DNA of 64,000 nucleotides, taken from contig CAIIXF020000001.1 in NCBI GenBank assembly GCA_903813345.2, positions 12,276,001 to 12,340,000 of the forward strand. Direction: 5' to 3'. Position numbers and translations under genes: made by a program. Shown here in pieces: positions 49,401 through 62,600 of the stretch. The notes under the pieces were generated by a model. The model searched no databases and had not been told where the DNA came from. It was given only the letters and a program-made list of their open reading frames with translations. Source of the DNA: Owenia fusiformis (lineage: Eukaryota). Every line of letters starts with the position of its first letter. The stretch's first letter is position 1.

Positions 49401-50685
49401 TCATTATCAAGTGATGTTACCATAGCATCTGAAATGTTAGAAATATTACATAAACCATATGATAAATCATCTTCACTTCTAATCATGCTATATACTTCAG
49501 ATGCTTTAAGAATCAAGAATATGAAGAATATGATGAAAATCAGACTATAAGTATGCTATTTATATGAATCATTGAAAGTGCATGGTAAATTATAAGATTG
49601 GATCTTTAATATGCAGGGTCGAGATAACCGTTTTGACCCCTGTGAATGATAATCAAAATGCATGTAACCTTTCCACATACTTATTAGATCAGTTCAATAC
49701 ATGCACATTTTTACTCAATAAGATTGAAACAACTATGGTTGTTACATTTTTTGTTAATTTAATGTTCTTTTTATAATTGTCAAACAATGACGTTCACAGT
49801 AGCTGCCTCCGAAGCTGGATAATTCTGTTAATTCTGATCCAATTTTAAAGATTTGTTGTCTCTTTAATGTTGCTTATATCTTCCACTCATCAAATAAGGG
49901 ACAAAACTATGCGCACATTCTGTCATACGGCCTCAGTTCTAATAGATATGTTGCTATACTACGATATTCTGAACAAAAAATGGATTGATGACGTCACAAT
50001 TGATGCAAATTAGCTAATTTGCATAACTTAAAATTGTAACCATATAGTAAATTTAATAATGTTTAATCAGATACCAATATCATCTCTATAGACCAAATAA
50101 TGGCGAAGCTACATTGATTCAAGACTCCAAGGTAAGACGTATGTATATTATTGTCAAATAATGACATTCACGATAGCTGCCTCGAAAGTTACATAACTTT
50201 CGTAATACTGGATTCAATTTTGAATCTGTTTTCATTTTTATGTTACTTATACCTTCTACTAATAGAATAAAGGACAAAACCTTTCAGAAATTTTGCCATA
50301 CGGCCTCAGTTCTAATAGATACATTGCTATAGTTGGAAATTCTGAACCAAAAATAGATTGATGACGTCATAATTTATGCAAATTAGATAATTTGCATAAT
50401 TGAATATCAGAAATTTATTGGAAATTTAACGAGGTTTAATTTGGTACCAATATCATTTCTATAGACCAAATCATGACAGAGCTACAAATGATTTAAGATA
50501 CCAAGGTAAGATGTCTTAAGATGCGTAACCATGGTAACTGAATGCCGCCATAAAAGTACCATGGGACATTAGTTGGCAATGTTAACAAATGAATTCATTA
50601 AATAGACACCCTAGGGATTACAAAAATGTATGTAACTTATTCACACCTTATGGGTGCATGGGAACCCCTTGTTCCTACTATACTA
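46490..50685. mobile_element. 4.2-kb foldback (near-palindromic) non-autonomous element with Academ-like ends
   Basis: Arms ~46490-47960 and ~49210-50685 are reverse complements, starting TAGTATAGTAGGAACAAGGGG and ending CCCCTTGTTCCTACTATACTA. 3-bp TSD GTA (46487-46489, 50686-50688). Confidence 0.9.
47950..49220. repeat. GC-rich minisatellite (21/31-bp units, GGCCCCCAGAAGCTATA core) that switches orientation near 48375
   Basis: CCCCAGAAGCTATA units up to ~48370, then TATAGCTTCTGGGG units to ~49220. Confidence 0.92.
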
Positions 50686-51852
50686 GTACTCCCGAGACCG
50701 CATTCTGATTTATCAGAGCCCCTCTTTACCTAACGCTTTTGAGCTATTCCAAAAGGATAGTAAAGGCTGTGGATCCCACAATGCCGGGACCGTACTATGC
50801 AATTTATGATTCGGAATTATATTATACAATCTTCTACCTAGACGAAATGATATGCCAAAATCTAGCGGAATCGAGGTAGGAAGAGACGATCCTACCAAAA
50901 CTAAATAAAAGTACCACTTTGTAAGGTATTATTTTTGTAGACATAAACTTAAACTACCCAGTCAATGTGTTTGAACGCACAGTAGTGATGGACCATTGGT
51001 GGTCATTTCAATTCGATGCGAAGCCTTATATTATATAGTTTTATTCCCGACGATGATAAGTTAAAGAAAATTTTAAGAAAAGTTGAGTTGTATTTCATGT
51101 GTTTAACAACTTCTTGTTTCAAACAATCCCAGGTTCCATTTTTAGTCAGTCCTTTGTCATAATTGAAAAGAATGGATATAACTGATTAGAGCATCAATAA
51201 AAATTGGGGGGAAATAACTTAATACTCTACATACTTTTCCGAGATGAGAGAAAGCCATTTAAAATGGCCAAATAAGTAAGTAACTACTGAATTAATTGGG
51301 ATTCTGTGTAAACTGTTTTTATCGCAATTAGTTGTTATTTATAAATGCTGTATTTTACTGTTGACGTAGTACTGGCATTTGTTTGAAAGTATATCGGCAC
51401 TGTTTTGTCATGTAACAACTTATACTGTTACAACTTTTACAGCCAAATGATGTCTTGGTAATGAAAGGGTTATATTGAAGTTCCCAAATTATTGGATAAT
51501 TTCCTTTCCTTCCAATGGTTAAATTTTCATGTGTTCAAATCGAGGCCAAATATATCAGCAGCCAAATCACAAGTGAGCATTATGGAATTGAGAGCTATTG
51601 AGAGTAGAACACTCGTGCCAAACGTTAAGTGTAACAGTTAGTCGAGGGAGCAACCGCTCCAAAACGAGTTTCAGCATCATCACTGTTTGATCGGCAACAC
51701 AAACTCCAAGCACTGGTGATCCACTCGATTACGCTGGTTACCGAAACGGTTCGTTTCGGTAAAAAAATGTCGGAACGTCGAAAGTACGATTTTTCTTTTT
51801 TTCCTTATTTCACACGTTGTGGGCAGAATTCCCACAACATTTTTATCATCAA

Positions 51853-52104
51853 ATGTATATCAGTATCATATGTTTAATAAAATGTACATATTTGCGAACA
51901 AATAGTTCAAGAGACAACAGAATCGTCGATTTAAATCCTCACTTAAGTTACAGAAACGGTATTTCGAAAAACAGTTAAGATCTGCTCTTTTAACCCATAC
52001 CGTTTCTGTAACTTAAGTGAGAAATTAAATCGACGATTCTGTTGTCTTCATTGCTATTTTTTCGCAAACATGTACATTTTCTAAAACATATGATAATGAT
52101 ACAC
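51853..52104. repeat. ~250-bp imperfect hairpin/MITE
   Basis: GACAACAGAATCGTCGATTTAA..CTCACTTAAGTTACAGAAACGGTAT is mirrored at ~51997-52047, with further flanking complementarity. The left arm resembles ~24005-24110. Confidence 0.75.
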
Positions 52105-53678
52105 GAGTGGATCAGCATTGCCAAGGCTATTTATTAATAAAACATTTCCATTTTGCAAATATTATGTTTATTTGTCTAACGGTCTATGTTAGCTTCCATA
52201 ATAATACTTGCAAACAGGGTAAAGGGAACGGGAAAGAAAAAATATCGGAACAGCTAGTACAACATCCATTTATTAATTGAGTTTTGCTCAAAATTACGAT
52301 GAATTACATGGGTACGAAATCGAAATCTGTTTGATAAAAGTGAGTAATCGAGAAAACAAAAATCATCCATCTTGAAACGAGGACAAAGCGTCGTCGGCTT
52401 CAGTTCACCCCAAGTTATTTACAATTTTCAAAAACAGCTGATTCAAAAGTGCATGTTTGATTTTGGCACGACTTACCAGGGTACTTACCACCCGGATTTA
52501 CATTCAAGGTCTTAAAAGGAGGCCTAACATTTTCTTTTAACACTATTTGGATGCATGCATGTTATGCAGGTTTGCTGCACACTATGGCGCACATAAGATT
52601 GAAGTATAAAGTGAGGTCACTTATAAATTAAAGATTTAAGCGCACAAGTTTAACAAAGATGCTACCTACAAAACATAGTATTAATTGAGTGTCTCATTGC
52701 ATAGTCATATTGTGTCTATCGTATTTAGGATTGAAACAATGATAAAAGCCTCTAGAAATTTTTACGAAGTTAGTGTTCGTGAGGCATATTTTAGAAAAAT
52801 CTAGCAAATTTTTAAACGGGTTATTCTGACATTGCGGAGTACATATGCTGATACTGTGTACAAACAAGTCCTGAATTTAACCCACTACAATTTTAAAATA
52901 GTTTACGAAGAATTTACAGACTGGTCCAAAAATTTGAATGTTATTTCAAAATTATGGAGTTGCATTTTGGGCCACCCTGTGATACACTCGGCAGTAACAT
53001 GTTCCCATGTGGTGGACGCTTTTGAGAGAATTAAGGTCAAACTGTCAACAAAATTATCTACAAACCACTTTATAGGACTACAATCGACAATCGCAATAAA
53101 GTTAAACTATATTGTTGCGATCGTAAATTAAATGAGCTCTTCGACTGACTAGACTTGGGTTTGAAAGGGGCAAAGGTAGCAAGATAGCATGCCTTGAGTT
53201 ATTTGTCGATTCAATCATAAGCGGTATATTGTTTTTACTGAATCTAGAGGCGAAAGATGCATAGGTTAGGACTAGGTTAAAGGATTATCCTCGTGAATAA
53301 CAATATACAGATACATTTTGGGATAAATCAAGTTTGTATGTGAATAGAATAGCTTCTACATGTATTCGCTAAGTAAAAACAATAACCCGGATACAAACTC
53401 AAAACTAAGCCAAGTACGAATTGTATGCCGTTATAAAATGAAGTAAACATTACTATGATATCTCTATGTACACCGTCACATATAGATAATCTAGTTATTG
53501 GGCTCGTAGTTCAAACGAATCATAGTTATCTTCGGACCAAACACCCAACATTTGGAATATCGAACATAGACGATGACTCCAAAACAAAGCAAAGTTGGAA
53601 TACTCTAAAACGAATGAATAACAAATTCAGGGAAATCCAGGAACATTGTGTTTAAGTTGATCCTAAATCGGAATAGAA

Positions 53679-56600
53679 ATGCACACGAATAGGATAGTTT
53701 CATCACTAACGCTATGGGGCACACTTATCTTATTAAATACTGTGTCATCCAAAATCATGCAGCTGTCTCCGTGCAAGGCAGATGTCCACGGGAGATTGAT
53801 AAACCTGGAACCTTTGCAAGGAGTTGACGGCACTCCAAGGTATACGTTGCATAAGTATCTCATATTTTAAAGATCCTCATAGAAATGCAATTGTTAAATA
53901 TAAATTTCTCCAATCCCTTAAGTTTTTAGTCAGGACGACTCTTACAACATCGTCATTTGTTTTTACAATGTAATATAGTCGTGGAAGGTCAAGCTTTGCA
54001 ATAACATCTTAGAGGTCAACGATTATTTGTCGTATATTGGGTGCATGCAAATACCTTAAAATATGTAATCGTTGCATGGTTATTCGATACATGCAACGAT
54101 AATTATTGAATATTAGACATATCCAATGGTCTCCCTTCAACATTGTCTTCTACGACGCATCTATCTTTTACACAAATAGGTTTACATCAATCTTCAATGA
54201 CAATGTGTACACCTTCAACCCTTGCAAACCATATAGGGAACCACCGAGCGAAGAGGTGGACTACCAACATATTGGCCAGTGCCGACAAGTCGCGGTAAGC
54301 AGATTACACTAGCTATCTCCCTTTGTTTGACGTTTAAAATTCACCATCATGCTGAAAATCCACTTAGTAGCAACACAATATGATAAACTGTAGTTTATTT
54401 TAAAGAATGTACAGTTGTAACAAAAGAAGAGTACATTGCTTTAAAGAACGGACACTTGGCAAGCTATCAATACCAGCACAAAAGACGTATCAATAGTTGA
54501 AAAGTCAATACAAAAGAAATCAAACTTTACAGTTGAATAGTACAGTGTAAGCATAAATGATGGATCATAGATCATTCACCTTTTTGTGCGTCAGCCATTA
54601 TTTCACCTAATGTCCAGTACTCATGGTTTATACGTTACATAATTAATCCTGCTACGAGAGATATTTGAACATCAGGGAGAGAATCAATGTACAACCTTAT
54701 CGTTTTAAAATTTGGAAATGTTTTAGGAGAGAAAACTCTGTGAAAACCTAGTCATATCTAAATAAATCGTGTAATGATTTTAAAAAAGCATACTGGAACA
54801 GCACATGATAATTGCCAAATATGAAGAAAAATTGTATGAGTCACCGTTTTGATGTTATATTGGACATTTTCTTGGAAGCTCCATATACTAAAGTAATACG
54901 TGAACGTGTAGTTGATTTCCTTTTAGTTAAATGTCTAAATTCTGGCTTTGTAGCTTTGTAGGGAAGAAAAGATCAAAAATGGCACTGAAGACTTAAAGGT
55001 TTTCTCCACCCTGGGTTCACAGGGGAATGTTCGTTTCAAACGAGCAGGGCCACAGCATAGGGAGATCATACAACTCCGCTTTAAGGGACGAGGGTATGTA
55101 TGTGCGTTTAGGTGCGGAATAACACTTTTATGAATTAGCGATAAAATGTTGATAATATCGATTTACATTTTTTTAGCGATAATAGGATAGTTTCGATAGT
55201 ATCGATAATATCGAACTAGCATGAGTTTCAGAGAAAGGGGATTTTTCAGGTTTAGAGAAATATTTAAATTTCAATAAAAACATACCATTGGAATAATATT
55301 GGGGCTAGAAATAATTAGGAAGTAAAAGTGACATTCCGTACCAAATTCTGTATATGTAATACCTCTCTCGAACTGACACAGTTATCTGGAAATATAATTA
55401 TTTTGGTGCTGTTTCAGTTTCAAATTTGCTGGGAAATTTTTAAGGCACCACTCGTCTAAAGCTGCAAAATCTGTTATTTTTGAAGTTTTACGTAAATGGA
55501 AACGTACGTAGTCCTGCATGTAAACGTTTAAAGCAAGAATATGATTTCTAGTTTGTACTCTTGATTCTTCCCTTTCTCTGTTGTAGGCGCGAGAAACAGA
55601 CGAGATCCTATATCATTCTTGTATGTGCAGTGGAAAAGGTTCAACTTGTCGATGCAGTCTTTAAAGTATTCCAAGATAATGGACGTCACGATGGAGAAAA
55701 TGAAATAGTAAGCTGTTTCGAATTGGTCCTTAAAATAGATAAAACAAGGGTATCCAAATCCAAATCTCGCGAACCGGAATCGAACTATTGACCTAAGGAT
55801 GACAGTGTTTGCACTCTACAGTCCTCCGCTCTACCAACTGAGCTATCACGAGATGTGTGTTTGATTCACACTTCTCAATTATGATTCAAAATATAATTAA
55901 TATCAAGATATATTTGTTCATTATGCACAGTCTAGCACACAACCCTTCAAAATGACTGAACTTAAAGGGACCACTTTAATTTAATTTGCCTTTTGCATGT
56001 GCTAAGCAGGTAAGGCAGATATGTTTCTTGGCCCGTTTTAAGAAGACATCTCATTAACATGATGGGCTGCATGTTTAAATTTTACAGCAAGTGTATATGT
56101 TTTGGGGGTTTGGGTAATTTTCAACTTATCCTCCAATTATTTGTACCTCCCTGTAGTGTCTGTTTGCCGCCCAGAATGAAAATGATTACAAATTAAAGAA
56201 AGATAGATGAGTTTGGTTTTTCAACAGTATGGACTATGGGATCATACTATATCTAGTAGTCTAGTCACCACCAGAAGTGGTGACATATTTTTTATGGTCT
56301 CTAACTTTTTGTCGAGGTTGTTCGGCTGCCTTACACTATAAACCTCCATGCTTCCAATAACCATTTGCAAGTGTTGTCATTTTGTCACGTAAATACCTTG
56401 TTTTACTTGTAGTATGGCGAGCTGCATCATCTTTGTGCGTGTCCAGGGGGGTGCCCCGAGGGCATTGTGCTAAACGATACCATACCAGACGTCAACTTCA
56501 ATGGAGGGGAGCTAGAAATAGGGCCCATCAAAGGTATGCACCAAACAGTCAACGAATTCAAATATTTATAACTAAACACAAAACAGCATCTTGGATTAGA

Positions 56601-59600
56601 TGACATCCCCCTTAGAGCAGTCATTTATTAATAAGTTGTGCCGTGAAATACAATAGTATTGCCTTTAAACGAATTTCTGGATCGCTAATATGCTTCTCGC
56701 TATTGAAAAAATGATTGTGTGTGGTCATGGAGCAAGAAAGGCCCGTTTGGGGCAAGAAGGGCAGTTCTATCAGAAACTGTCATAGGTTTTACCAGACTTA
56801 CAAAAGTGGGGCAAGAAGGGCCCCTTTTGGCCGATGGAAAGTGCTGCCGTTTGAGTATTGCTCCTAAATGAAACAAAATCAATGACAGTCAGCGCTAAGT
56901 GATCCTCGTCAAGAGATAATATCCAGACGATATATATTTTAAAACGATAAGATAAACTTGTTGGCCCGTCTTGCCCCTTGGCCCTTCTTACCCCGCCGTC
57001 CCCTACTAAATAGCACCGATAAAGGGTACCGATTTTTGTAAGTGACATTTTTTCAATTCAGATCCAAAAGTACCAATAACTAAATCGTGGAATAAGAAAT
57101 CTAAAAAGCATGAGAATCTTACAAAGGAAAAGTTTCCTATCGTTGATGAACCTCAAAATGACCAGCCCGTACAACACAACCACCCTGACAATGACGAGCC
57201 TCATGCAGAATGGGCTGAGGAAGAGTCTTATGTTCATGTGAAGCATGATTTGTTGAACGATGACTTAAGTGTTGAGGAACCTTTTGTTTACGATGATTAC
57301 GATGGTAATTTAGAATTCCTAGCGGGTAAGTCAATTAATCAGTTATACCTGAGTCACATTTGCTCCGATTCATCGACCGGCACTCGGCGGATTAAGTAAT
57401 TTGTTCAAAATTGAATACAATTTTGAACAAAATACTCAATCGGCCGGGCGCCGGTCGATGAATCGGAGCAAATGTGACTCAGGCATTAGTAAATTAGTTT
57501 CAAGCTCTGACCATCAATATATTAAGTGAGCACGTAGTTTATGCTACAATGTCTAATTTATGAATCTTATTTTCTGGTCATCTAATTTAGTTATTAACAA
57601 GTGCATTTGTACTGATATTCTGTTAAACGAGTGTGGGATTTCTATCCCGATTCAGACATAAAAAATAAAGCAAGGCCGTTCGTGTATGGAGAATTAGCTT
57701 GTATTCGCAAATGCAAATTACGGCTGTCGACTATCGGATTAACTTACTTTTTATGGCAAACTCATTGAGATACTCATTGAGGCAGGGTACTATTCATATT
57801 TAAATGAGTTGGTCATAAAATAGTAGGTTAATCCGGTAGCCGACAGCCGAAAGTTAGAGAGAGGCTGAGAGAGGTTCTCGTTAAGAGAGATTCGATAAAA
57901 CATGTAATGTAACGCTACTGTCACACCAAACTAGTTCTCACGACGTTCTCGAAACGGGGTTAAACTGTGTACGAACGGATTGAACGTACATATATATTTC
58001 TAATATAACTTTTTTATTTTTATTAATGTAGTATAATTCTCTAGTATTACATTTACAGGGTTGGCACTAGATACGCATAAGGCACATAAGGGAGTAATTA
58101 TCAAAATTGAAAAAAACATAAAAATGTACAATTTTGAGTGTGGCTTTTAATTCACCACGCAGTCCATCATGGCCAGGGGTGGGCAAAAACACCATTGTTT
58201 CTCAGTCCAATGAATAAATTTGTAGCATCTTCTATTGTGTATTCTTTAAACTTATTCCAACCATATCCTTTCATGTATGGATGTTTATAGTGAATCTCTA
58301 CAAAGAGTTCGTCTATTAGGGGCCATAAACCTTTACTCCGCATGTGATCAATAACCTTGTATTCAGCGCCCTCTATGTCCATTTTGATAACTAAGAAGTC
58401 GCTTGGTTTCACATCTAACACATTCACAATAAAGTCAGCGATGTCTGTCTCCTTTGAGGAAGAAACCGTCCCGATGAATGATTCATATAATTTAACTCTA
58501 GCCTTTTCTTTTTCTGGAATGATGAATATCTTCTTTTTCACCTCAAATGCATGGATCTCTGTGAAATTACAAGGATAATTTTTAATAAACCACCCAACAC
58601 TGGATTCAAATGTTTTTGCTCCTAAATCAAGCAGAATTTGCCGGGAATATGTTGAGCAGTTGACATACCTGGAAATACAAATCAATCAACATGTAATCAA
58701 CATGGAACAATATTTAATATTATTATATCGCTGTCATATTCCTCGCTCTCTGATTGGTACATGCCCTCTACGTGACTAATAAATAACAAGTGATATTCAA
58801 GGGAAGTCACGTCACCAGTCACGACTTAGCTCAGTGTAACTTATTTTATCTATCCCGGGCCGGGGTACATTGTTATGATTGATTAGACATCAATAGTGTG
58901 TTATTCCATCATTAATGTGAGTGAGGAATATAACAGTGAATAATAAAACAAATATTTAATTCTATTTTCGGTGAATACCTGTGACACTTTCACAAGATGA
59001 TATTCCACTAGACCTTCGGGTTTTAGTGGTAAATCACTTGTGAAAGATGCACAGGTATTCACCTAAATAGAATTAAATATTTAATAACTATAAATGGACG
59101 ATTCAAAATGTTAAACACTGAGCTCTATAAAATATTAGTTTCTCGCTTAATATTCAGCAATATTATGACTTGTTAAAATCACGTGTTTCTGAACTATTCT
59201 ATGTAGTTATTAAAGCATAACATTTAATTGTGTAATATCCAAATAAGTAGAGTTCTTTATAGCCTTGCCAAAGGCTGTGTTTTTTTGTTGTTTTTTATTT
59301 TCACAAGTATCGGTTTCAATTATCGAGGTTTTAAATAGTTATGACAACTTTTCTATTTTTTACGTTTTGGCGAATGTAAACAAAGGAGGTTTAACTAAAA
59401 CCGTATACTGAAATGAAATTAAGCTTAATATTTTTATTTTTATATAACTCACTCAAAGTGTTGCGTATACCTTTCCGTAGGTATATTCCAGTTTAAAATC
59501 GACTCATGAAGATAAAACAATCCGTATGGAAAGTTCAGAATCTGTAAATATTGAGAGGATGAATTATCCGAAGGATGTATGAACCACTAAAAATCCTGGT

Positions 59601-62600
59601 ATTAGTCCACATCGTTTTGTTTCATTTATAGGGCATTCCTATGCTTTGGGTTTGTACATGAACGTTTACTTGATATATGCGTAAATCAAACTATCAATTT
59701 TCCCATTAAACATATCATAAAAAAGTAATATCTTGCCTTCCTAATAAATACTTCAACAGGTGGTCCTTATTCTCCACATCTTTTGTTTTGCCCAAGTAGT
59801 AGTTTTTCCTGAAATGGAACTCTGGTTCAAGTTTTTCAATATTCAACTGTTTGTAGGAAACTGAATGCCCGGCTCCATCTTCTGCATGGTTGGTTTCAAC
59901 TTGAGCATTGCCCCTCTTAAATACTATGTATTTTATTATTTTGTTATGATCATAGTACCACACAGTGAAAATCAAAAGAATGATTAATAAACAAAAGATA
60001 GCTGCTTCTATACATCTACGCTTTTGTTTAGACACTGGCATGTTTGAGTTCTAGTGTAAATTGTATATATTAGTAATTTATAGAGCAGTGGGACCTTACA
60101 TATAGTCTCAAACGTTACATTATTAGTATTACTTATAATTAATAATGTATCATACATATCCCTGAAGCACTTACAATAATTTTGTAATTTTGGTCATCAA
60201 ACATTTCCTAATTAATATGCCTTCAGGTGAGGAGATCAACATTTCCTAATTACAAAATATGCTTTAAATTGATTATGATCACACCTTTCATATGATCATT
60301 CCGTGGCATTGGTTTTGTATACATTATTACGGAATATAGCTGATCATTTCAGTAAAAATGGTGACCGAACCTAGGGAAATAGTCGAAGGCCTGTGAGGCG
60401 AATCCAGGAAACTCGGCGCGCGATACTACAGCGCCCAGTCTCTATGGAATAGATCGTACTTTATACAGAAAAGAATTGTAAACTTGTGAAAACATGATAC
60501 AATTATAGATATACCAAAATCTGACAAAAAGAATCACATATAATAGTTCATGATTAACCCACAAAATTATTTTAGTATACTCGCCCAATTTTTCTCGTTA
60601 TATACCATCCCCTTTGGACAAGAAGTTAACAAAAAAGATGCTTTTTGTATCTTTGTCTAGCGTATTTCTCTTACAACAGTAAAATATCAAATTTTCTAAA
60701 CACGAACCTTACAAAATTAAATTTTTTTTTCTCACATTGCTATGCACTAAACAAAATGTATTGAATTGTATTGATAGGACCTGAGAGTATAAATGAGAAG
60801 ACAATCATCTTAAATAATATGCTATGTATTTTTAAAAGGTATGTTTATTTGTGCAAATATTCTATGCTAAAACCAACACTTAAAGGTTTTATAAGTAATG
60901 TGAAGGAATATTTTATTATGGACAAACGGGTTGGCAGAGGCGATAAGTGGAAAATCATGGAAACAAAATTAAACAAATGCAACTGATGATTTTTTCCTTT
61001 AAATAAAAAAATGCCAATGGTATAACGTCTCTTAAGACGAAATATTTAACCACTGTACTGTATTGTAAAATTGTTAAATGTAGGTTTACCATGTAACTGT
61101 ACTGTAATTGTTTTTTGCAATTGCTTTAACATGCTTATTCTTTGAAATAAAAAAAATTATAAAAATTTTTTTTGACAAATACGGCCACATGCTTTTAGGT
61201 GAACAATTACGAAGGGGGTAAAATATGTCGTTAAATTTGCTCTAGTTTAAAATATTTGCTCCAAAATAAAAATAGTTTTTTTTATTAGAATTTATTATAA
61301 GATATGTCAGGTGTCTATAAACGAATACATGATATCTTTCATTTGAGTATGATAAAGGTAAAACCAACGAAAATTCCTGTTTTCCCGAACCCCAATACAC
61401 GACCCCTTGGGGTCAGGCTGAAAAACGGAAAGTTATTGATGAGACGGACCACATCTTTTTGGAAATGAATTTTTCTTATTTTTGTTTGTTTCAGAGGTCA
61501 AAAGGAGAAGGAAGCTAGACCCAAGTAAGTTTGACATTATATTCTTCAATGCTTTTTTTACTTGCAAAGTTATATAAACTTCAATTCAATTAAATCAAAA
61601 GAATGATCACATGATCTAAAGACCATAAATGATGTAAAAACAATGCATTGTAACTAAATATGATATATGTAACTTTAAAATGAAATAAATTTATAAAAAA
61701 AGAAGAAAAAAAAAAAAAAGTTTGACATACTTCATCCGTACAAATACAGGGAGGTGTGTTACACATTCAAGTCCTATTGCCCTACAAGAGTATCTAGAAA
61801 TTGAAGAAGAGGGACAAAAAATCCATTTCTAAAATTTATTCCCACAGATTAATTTTTCAAATCTTCCCAAAATTGGTCTAGTTTTTCCAAAATCTGTGAT
61901 CCGGGTTTCCCAAAAAATGTTTGCCCCTCGCAACCTCTCCGATCAGCCAGTGGCTCTGCTTTTAGTAACTATATGATAAGCTATGCCATCTCTTTGCTCC
62001 TCACATTTGAAATGTTCCCTAGTTGGAAGACAGAAAAATGAACAATAGTAAGAATGGCTCGGTGTATTCTGCCCCTCTATATGTATGATTTGTGATTTTA
62101 CTAATTCAAAATATTCTTTAAAGAGATCGTACTTGGTTACCCAAAAATGCACCATTCTAAACATTAACAAAATTCGTCTATAAATCTATGCTTCTAGTCT
62201 TTTCTAGTCTTATTTTAAATCAAGACGTCTTGATTCCCATTAGAATGATTATTGTTAGAGTTAATTTGAATTTTAGACTTTAAGTTGCATTCTGACCATT
62301 CGTCTGAAGGAGACTGGTCAAGTAGTGAACTCGGTGACAGTAGCGATGATGGTTCTTCGAGCAGCGAGGAAGACAGTAAGATAGTTCAATAGGCTTTTTT
62401 ATATAGTCTTACATGTTAACAGTAGCGTCTCTTATAAAATACAATGAAATAAATATTTTGGAATACAAGCATAAAAAACAATGGCTTCAAAGTCGATTCA
62501 ATATTTGTTTATAGGGCGTCCACAGAAGGCACGTATCCCAGACTCCCATGCATTAATGGCATTAATGATCTTCCTTCTGGGGCTGATGGGAGCTGGTCTC

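Noticed and set aside
58167-58685. Bacterial contamination or recent horizontal transfer of the methyltransferase
   Set aside because: It has a splice acceptor, host-like base composition and an upstream signal-anchor ORF, and FkbM-like genes are common in invertebrates.
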